Made by a program: the position numbers and the translations under genes. DNA of 64,000 nt from an uncultured Planctomycetota bacterium (GTDB lineage: Bacteria > Planctomycetota > Planctomycetia > Isosphaerales > Isosphaeraceae). Within the stretch, counting starts at the first letter, position 1; every line of letters begins with the position of its first letter. Where the stretch lies: NCBI GenBank assembly GCA_963823665.1, contig CAWGMQ010000010.1:1248001-1312000 (forward strand), read 5' to 3'. A model generated the notes under the pieces. It searched no databases and was not told the origin of the DNA. It worked only from the letters and a program-made list of their open reading frames with translations. Shown here piece after piece: positions 57,323 through 64,000 of the stretch.

Positions 57323-58192
57323 TCCCCCCTTTCCGCCAAGACCCTATTTTGAGTCCGGCGCGTCTGGCATAAGTCTGACGTTGGAAGGGCGACGAGATGG
57401 CCAGCTCGATGCCGTCGGTCTTGTTGTTCGAGACCGTGTTACCGGAGATCGTCCCGCTCGTAGAAGTGCTCACCAGGATGCCCTGACCCTGACCGGGGAG
57501 GCCGTTCGACGTGATCTGGTTGTAAAGGACGCGCATACCAGTCGAGTCGCCCACGTCAATGCCGTCGTTGGTCGACAACGTGACGGTATTCAGCTCGATC
57601 GTGTTGCTGTTCGACTGCAGTAACGAGACGCCGAGACTATTGCCCGAGACCGTATTGCCGGAGGCGGTATTCCCGCTCGACAGGTCGAGCGAGAGGCCGG
57701 TCCCCTGGCTGTTTTTGACCGTGTTGTTGTCGATAGCAAGCCCGCTGCTCTGCGTGACTCGAACCCGTCGAGCCCCGAGTTCTGGACAACGTTGCCGCGG
57801 ATGATGTCGTTCGTCGCCGCGGAGACGCTCAGTCCCTTGTCCTTACTGTTGATGATCAGATTGGCTTCGACCACCGCGTTGCGCTCACCGGAAAGAACCA
57901 CGCCGACATCGCTGTCCTGGACGACATTGTCGAAGAAGGTGGTGTTGCTCACGCCGGAGCCGTCGTCGATGCCATGGCCCGACGGGCTCTGCACTGTGAA
58001 CCCGTTGAATGTTGAATTGCTGCCGGTGATGGAATCAGTGCCCACGACGATCGACTCGTTGGCCGCGTTTGTCCGCGTCAACTGGTTTGGATTGACGTTG
58101 GTCTGGGCGCCCTCGATATCAATCGCGCCTTTCACGGTCACATTTCCGTTGTAGGTTCCGGGTCCAACTTCGATGGTATCTCCCGGCTTCAT
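57309..58192 (-). pseudogene. Fragment of a right-handed beta-helix protein, frameshifted near 57760
   Basis: PGDTIEVGPGTY and GNTVSGN repeats. No signal peptide, and the repeats stop abruptly near 57400. Confidence 0.65.
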
Positions 58193-58194
58193 AA

Positions 58195-58280
58195 GTAGGT
58201 CAGGCTTTAGCCTGACGTCTCCACAGCGTCACGCTACGAAACCCGGTTCATGGCGAAAATGCGTCAGACTGAAGCCTGAC
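58195..58280. repeat. Inverted pair of GTAG-type REP-like palindromes
   Basis: gtaggtcaggctttagcctgacg (58195) and gcgtcagactgaagcctgac (58261). Confidence 0.75.
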
Positions 58281-58428
58281 TCCGTGCTTCCCGCCCTTCT
58301 CGGGCAATTCTGTTTTCGGCGGCACGCACGCAGCGCAGCCTGATTGACGAGCCAATCCCCGTCGAACCCAGACGGGGGGCAAGTCGAGTTCCGCCGCGCT
58401 TGATCTGGGGCTGAGCTTCGCGGACACT

Positions 58429-61156
58429 ATGACAACCTTGTGGCACACGCTGGTGCGTCCGCCACTTCGATCAGGGGGCCCGATCGTGCCCATTCTCATT
58501 TGCAGGCCCAGGGCGCTGACAGACCAGCAATTGCAACTCGCGGCCCAGCGCAGCATCGAGCTCAACCCGGCCAATGCGGTGGATTCCCGGACTGTCGAAC
58601 GGACGACGGTCGGCCGCCGGGGCGGACCGCGACGCCTCGCGCTGCTGGTGGGAAACCGCTGGCCGGCCGCCGGCATGACGTTGACGGTTCAGTTTCTTGA
58701 TAATCCCAGCACCGCGCTCAGGAAAAAGATTCTGGAGCATATGAATGCCTGGAACACCTCCTGCAGCATCAACTTTGTCGAGACGCAACGTGACGGCATG
58801 GTTCGCCTCGCCAGGTATAACCATCCGAAGGATGTGGCGGGATACTGGTCGTACGTCGGAACGCAGATCCTGGGGATCAAGGCCGGTGAGCCTACACTCA
58901 ACCTCGAAGGCTTCACCGCGCGCACGTCGGACGCCGAGTTCAAGCGCGTGGTGCGGCACGAGGCTGGGCACACGCTTGGTTTTGAGCACGAACACATGCG
59001 GTCGGAGCTGGTAGAGCGGATCGACCGGCGTAAGGCGATCGCGTACTACGATAGCACGCAAGGCTGGACCGCGAAGGAGACGAAAAACCAGGTGCTCACA
59101 CCGCTGGCGGCGAGTTCGATCATGGGGACGACCGAGGCCGACCCAATTTCGATTATGTGCTACGAGATTCCGGCGGCAATCACCAAGGACGGCAAGCCGA
59201 TTCGCGGCGGTGAGGATATCAACCCCAAGGACTATCAGTTTGCGGCCAAGGTTTATCCCAAGCGTCCGCCCCAGGGCCACGCCGCCGTACCACCACCGCC
59301 CCCTCCCGGCGATGCGGCTTACGTCCCCTCCTACGCCGTCGCGGCACCGACGGACAGCGACACGCTGCACATCGTCGTCATGGACGAGTTCGATCCGAAG
59401 AAGGGCGTGCCGACCGGTTCGGATGAGCCCCGATTCGCCCGCGTTCTTGCCACCTACGCAGGCGCGCGCGTGACCGGTACGATGCGCCTGCGAGCCGAAC
59501 CCGGCGAGCCGCGAACGAACTTCGGGAAAATCATCGGCACTCACGAACGGATCAAGAAGTATACGAACCACGACGAGGGCACTCTCCCGAGCGACCAGGA
59601 GCTGCTCCGGTTCGGCAGCGACCTTTTCGAGGCGATGTTCCAGGGAGACGTGCGGCGCCTGTACGACGAGGCTCGCGCCCGCCAGCAGAATCGCAAACTC
59701 GATATCGTGCTCACTTCGATGATCCCCTGGATCGCCGAGAAGCCCTGGGAGTTCGCCTATGATGCCGGACGCGAAAGCTTCTTGGCGACGGAAGAGGTGC
59801 ACCTGGTCCGCAATGTGTTGACGTCGGTGCCGGCCAGTGCGATTCCGCCGAAACCTGGACCAGTGCGGATCCTGGTGGCAGCGGCCCAGCCGGTCGGATT
59901 GGGACAACTCTCGGTCGACGAGGAGATCGAGGTCGTCCGCCGGGGCTTCGGGCCCTTGGAAGACGAGCATCTGGTCTCCGTCGAGGTCCTGCCTCGCGCC
60001 ACGCCGCGCGGCCTTCAGGCTCGCTTGGCCACGGGCAGCTTTACGGTGGTCCACTTCATCGGACACAGTACGTTCGACGAGAAAACGCAAGAAGGCGTGA
60101 TGTTCTTCGAGGATGATCAGGGCGGACAACTCCGCCTCAACCCGCGCTCGGTCCGCGAGATCTTCTGTAAGCGCGGCGTCGCTCTGGTCTTCCTCAACTC
60201 CTGTGAAAGCGGTTCGGGCGCCCGGCACAACTTCAATCGCGGCGTGGCGCAGGCGATGGTGTCGCACGGTCTGCCGGCCGTGATCGCGAACCAGTACAGC
60301 GTGCTCGACTCCTCGGCGACTTCGTTCGCGCAGCATTTCTACTGGTCGATCGCAAACGGGATGAGCATTGGCCAGGCAGCCTGCGAGGCGAGGATCGCGG
60401 TGAACTGTTCGCTGAGCGGTGAGATCATCGACTGGGCCGTGCCCGTCGTGTATGTCCGCGACCCAAACATGACCATCTGCGTCAAACCGGACAAAGCTGT
60501 CCCGCCGGTCGTCGCCGTGCGCAGGATCGGCCCGCCGCGCCCTCGAGGACCGGCCCGTTCGCGTTGCCGTTTGGGACATCGATAGCGTGTTTCCCTCGCT
60601 CAGCCATACGCTCGACCGCATGAATCGCGCCCAACCGACGTTCGGGTTCGAGCTGGCGGCCCTCTCGGCGCCGATCGATGCGTGGTACGTCGATGAGCGG
60701 GCTCCCGACGGCACACCCTACCTGTGGGCCGAGAGGCTCGCCGGCCGTCTCAAAGACTTGACGGTTGAGCTAAGGGTGAACGTACTCGCGTGCATCACGC
60801 GACACTGGCTGCGCGATGACAACTGGCTTAACATCTACGGCTGGTGGCCCGCCAAACAAAAGCCACCGGTCATCATCTTTTCCTGCGCGGGATTTGATGA
60901 TTTGAAGCCCTCCGGGCCGGATACCGACCGCGCGATCGCAAACGTCACCGTGACTTGCTTGGCGGGGTTTTTCGGTGACCTCGACTCGCACGCGCGGGCA
61001 CCGAATGACTGCCCGCTCGCACTTGACCGCGAGCGCGACTTTGCTGTCCTGATCGGCAGGCAGGCCTTCGATTCACGCTGCCGCGCCAAGCTCAAAGCGA
61101 AGATTCTCCAACAACACCTCACCGCGCTCGAGGCCCTGCTCAAACCATTACCGTAG
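58429..61156 (+). CDS. M12/astacin-like metallopeptidase fused to a CHAT (caspase-like) domain and a C-terminal domain, frameshifted near 60540
   Basis: HEAGHTLGFEHEH and Met-turn SIMCY; VVHFIGH and FLNSCES. The 60587..61156 frame extends upstream as VAVWDIDSVFP. Start position uncertain. Confidence 0.85.
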
Positions 61157-61170
61157 ATTGGAGCATCGCG

Positions 61171-62349
61171 ATGGCGAAGACGCAGAAGACAACGTCCGCT
61201 CGCAAGCCTTCAACTCGAAAAAGAGCCGCGAAGCGAGCGACTGCCACATCGACGCCAGCGAGGCCTGCGCGCCAAACGGCGATAGCCGTACCTGCCAGCG
61301 CGATGACTGGCGGGCCGGTGACACTGGACGAGGCCCGGGCCCTGGCTCAGGCGCCATCGCCCGCACGGACGCTGCGAAGGGCTGGTGCGCCGGCCCAGCA
61401 AGCGGCCACACATGCTTCCGTCGCGGATGAGCGCGACAAGCTCGACAATCAGATCCGTGAAGAAAACGAGCGGCGCGTCCGCGAGTACAAGGCGATGATG
61501 GACATCATGAAGAGCCGAGGTGTAAAGGGATTGGCACCCGCTGCGGCGGCCGCACCCGGTCCGAGACGCCGACGGGCCGCCGCCGCCGCCGCGGCGCCCG
61601 CTCGGCCACCCTTGCAGATCTTCGCGGAGGGGGATTCGTGGTTCGATTACCCGGTTCCCTTTTTCGGGGGTGGTGTCGTGCCGCGTCTCGAACGCCGGCT
61701 GGGTGTGCCGATCCTCAGCCTCGCCAAGGCCGGAGATGAAGTGCGGAATATGCTCGGAGTCGAGGAGCGCGAGATCCTCGCGCAGCAACTCGAGGATGGC
61801 TCGCCGGCCGGTGGGCGCTGGGATGTGCTGCTGTTCTCCGGAGGTGGCAACGACATCGTCGGCAATCCCATGGCACTCTGGATTCAGGACTTCAATAAAT
61901 CCGTTCCACCTGCCAACTTGATCAGCACATCGCGGTTCACCGCCGCCCTGGCGCTCGTGCGAGCCGGCTACGAAGACCTGATCACGCTTCGCGACACGAT
62001 CAGTCCCACCACGCATCTCGTGTTCCACGGTTATGACTTCGCCATTCCCGACGGTCGCGGGATTTGCGGCTTCGGTCCCTGGTTGAAGCCCACGTTCGAC
62101 CTGCGCGGGTTTCCCGCGAGGACTGCCGCGACCGCGGTCGTCAAAGCGATGCTGCTTCAGTTCGCGGCGATGTTGCAGGCGCTGGCGCCGCTTCACAACG
62201 CGGTGACATTCATCAACACGCAAGGGACTTTGCCGCCCGTGACCAGTTCGTGGGATAACGAGCTGCATCCGTCCAAGAACGGCTTCGACATGATCGCCGC
62301 GGTCTTCCATACGAACCTGAAGACGTTATTTCCGGGTCGCGTATTGTGA
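61171..62349 (+). CDS. SGNH/GDSL-like hydrolase with a basic, low-complexity N-terminus
   Basis: AEGDSWF, SGGGND, HGYD and NELHP. GGAG RBS 14 nt after the previous stop. Confidence 0.85.
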   Translation: MAKTQKTTSARKPSTRKRAAKRATATSTPARPARQTAIAVPASAMTGGPVTLDEARALAQAPSPARTLRRAGAPAQQAATHASVADERDKLDNQIREENERRVREYKAMMDIMKSRGVKGLAPAAAAAPGPRRRRAAAAAAAPARPPLQIFAEGDSWFDYPVPFFGGGVVPRLERRLGVPILSLAKAGDEVRNMLGVEEREILAQQLEDGSPAGGRWDVLLFSGGGNDIVGNPMALWIQDFNKSVPPANLISTSRFTAALALVRAGYEDLITLRDTISPTTHLVFHGYDFAIPDGRGICGFGPWLKPTFDLRGFPARTAATAVVKAMLLQFAAMLQALAPLHNAVTFINTQGTLPPVTSSWDNELHPSKNGFDMIAAVFHTNLKTLFPGRVL

Positions 62350-62361
62350 GCATGGAAACAC

Positions 62362-63693
62362 TTACGCAAGCATCGACTTATGATCGACGGCTGGTGTTGC
62401 ATGCCCGGCCGCGACGGCCGCGCTGATCGGTTCGATGATCGCGAGCGCCGAGAATAGCGCAGTGGCGAGTGTGAGATCAAGTAGTTCGGCGTCTGAGAGC
62501 CCAAGCGCAAGGATCTTGCGGATCTGTTGATCGCTGATCGTATAGGCCGCGTTCGCCACCTGCCACGAATATCGGCGACACGCCGACACGAGACTCGAAT
62601 CGGTGGGGGCAGATGACGGAGCAGCCCACAAGAGGAGTGTATTCGAATCGGGCAACGACCCCTGGGACAGCCACAGGTCGACCGCCCTGCTCAGGCCCGA
62701 ACCCGACATCGCCCGAGATGCCACGGCGATCGCCGCCGCTTCTTTCAAAAGGTCGAAACGGACGCCGGCGCTCGTGACGTTGACTTCGATCATCTCGAGT
62801 ACCCCCTCGAGCACCACCGGCGATCGACTCAACCAGTTGAAGACGTCGGGCACATCCCCTGCACCTAGACGCTCAAACACGACACCGAGCCGATCCAGCA
62901 GTTCTTCCGGCGAATGACGGGGTTGATGCTTGTAAGAGAGGTCATAAGTCAGACCGGTCAGCCACGCCATCCGCCGCTCGACCCAGCCCCGGATCGGCTT
63001 CAACTCGCGAAGGAATTCGTATTCGAGCCGCACGCGTCGCGCGTCCGCGATGCGATTGACGGCGTTAAACGCAAACACGACGCCCGCCGTCTCGAGCAGG
63101 AGATCCGCGTCGCCTATACGGGCCGCGGCCGAGGCGATCCAGTCGACATCCAGGTGTGTCACGGGCGAGGCGATCGTCGCGTGCGCCGCCAGCGCGATGA
63201 GCAAGCTCTCGGCACCCGTACAACCTGCCCGCTCGACGCGCTCGGCGATCCGCTCTGGGTCCAGTACCGGACGCCCAGCGGGGAACCCATTACTTATACT
63301 TGAGTTATTAAGTGTAAGGAGACGGATATCTCCCGAGGCCTGTCCGTCGTGTGGAGATCGGATCGCCTCTGTGACGGCGTCGACCAGGTCGTGTGCTTTA
63401 CCGAAATCGGATCCTGCAGCCTGCAGGAAGAGCAGATGCTCCGACGTTCAGTAGAAGCACTGGTTGGCCGCCGAAATTGCTACCGCGATCGACTCCCGTA
63501 ATCGCCGTGTACCGGCCTCGCCGCCCCACATGAGAGACAGCCAGGTCTTCTTGAACGAAGCCTGGTAGGTGGGCCGGCAACGGAACGTCTCGGCGATGCT
63601 CGGGTTCGTCCAGATATAACGCCCGGCGAGTTGCCTGGTCGCGCGAACCAGCGCACTTGTGATCAAGCTACCCATCGTCAGGTAAACCCCCAT
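62362..63693 (-). CDS. AhpD/carboxymuconolactone decarboxylase-like protein, putative selenoprotein (U82)
   Basis: RESIAVAISAANQCFY-TGA-TSEH. The frame stays open from 63447 into ORF 62362..63204 (checked codon by codon). Later FNAVNRIADA and LGLSDAELLDL segments are CMD-like. Confidence 0.8.
63407..63444 (-). promoter_or_regulatory. Candidate bacterial SECIS element
   Basis: After UGA: UCGGA...UCCUGCA-GGC-UGCAGGA-UCCGA. The apical loop starts 26 nt after the UGA and begins with G. Confidence 0.6.
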
Positions 63694-63699
63694 TCGGGA

Positions 63700-64000
63700 T
63701 CATCTCGCGGTGCCAGCCATCCCCGGCTCAAGCGTGAGGGATCCTTGCTGAATTGCGCGAACGGACCGCCATGCCGCCCAGGCGTACAAACCCGCACCCC
63801 GCATGGTGGAGACGATCGCGAGCGCGAGGAACAAACCGTACACCACATGCTCGACCAGGAGCACGCCGTAGACCGCTGCGATCGCAGTAGCGAATAGCGC
63901 CTGGCGCAGCGGCTTGACCGGCGTCGTTGCCGGGTCAGGGATCATGTACAGGGTAAATACCATGAACGCCGCACTTGTCATCGGCGTCAGGGGCACGATC
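63700..64000 (-). CDS. unbU: C-terminal part of an enediyne biosynthesis UnbU-like membrane protein (RnfD/NqrB-related); 5' end outside the window
   Basis: PMTSAAFMVFTLYMIPDPATTP..RQALF..AAVYGVLLVEHVVYGLFLALAIV..RG. Confidence 0.7.
   Translation of the reverse strand, partial: IVPLTPMTSAAFMVFTLYMIPDPATTPVKPLRQALFATAIAAVYGVLLVEHVVYGLFLALAIVSTMRGAGLYAWAAWRSVRAIQQGSLTLEPGMAGTAR

Noticed and set aside
58471..60714. 747-aa minus-strand ORF, and similar long ORFs at 34043..35734, 25856..27238, 22077..23234, 31490..32779, 61210..62310 and 43971..45149
   Set aside because: They are antisense shadows of genes with clear motifs on the other strand, as expected in high-GC DNA.
63448..63693. Separate 81-aa protein plus a 280-aa protein starting at TTG 63204
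   Set aside because: Both are in one continuous frame, with the TGA at a catalytic Cys position and no clear RBS before 63204.

Overview
GC-rich bacterial DNA, almost certainly Planctomycetota (probably Isosphaeraceae-like). This is inferred from the DUF1501 plus PSD1/planctomycete cytochrome c pair, LEPR-XLL extracellular proteins, DUF4058 copies and an ECF sigma/Ser-Thr kinase pair. About 40 genes are recognisable. At least 13 otherwise intact genes carry small frameshifts, which looks more like long-read indel error than mass pseudogenisation. The left two thirds hold planctomycete accessory and envelope genes, several REP-like palindrome families, gene relics and a lower-GC three-gene TIGR04255-like/unknown/PIN operon. 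At 42.8 kb and 44.0 kb there are two tRNA-Leu(CAA) 3' remnants, followed by island-like cargo: a PNP-fold nucleosidase, an ECF-kinase pair, an adhesin and an astacin-CHAT protease with an SGNH partner. The best candidate for new biology is at the right edge. A 443-codon AhpD/CMD-like gene, which the ORF track splits in two, reads through an in-frame TGA at the second Cys position of the CxxC motif (C-F-Y-U-T-S-E-H). A SECIS-like hairpin follows the TGA, and the gene lies 6 nt downstream of an enediyne-cassette UnbU-like gene. This suggests a selenoprotein inside an enediyne-type polyketide cluster. All family assignments are from motif recognition by eye; no database searches were run.
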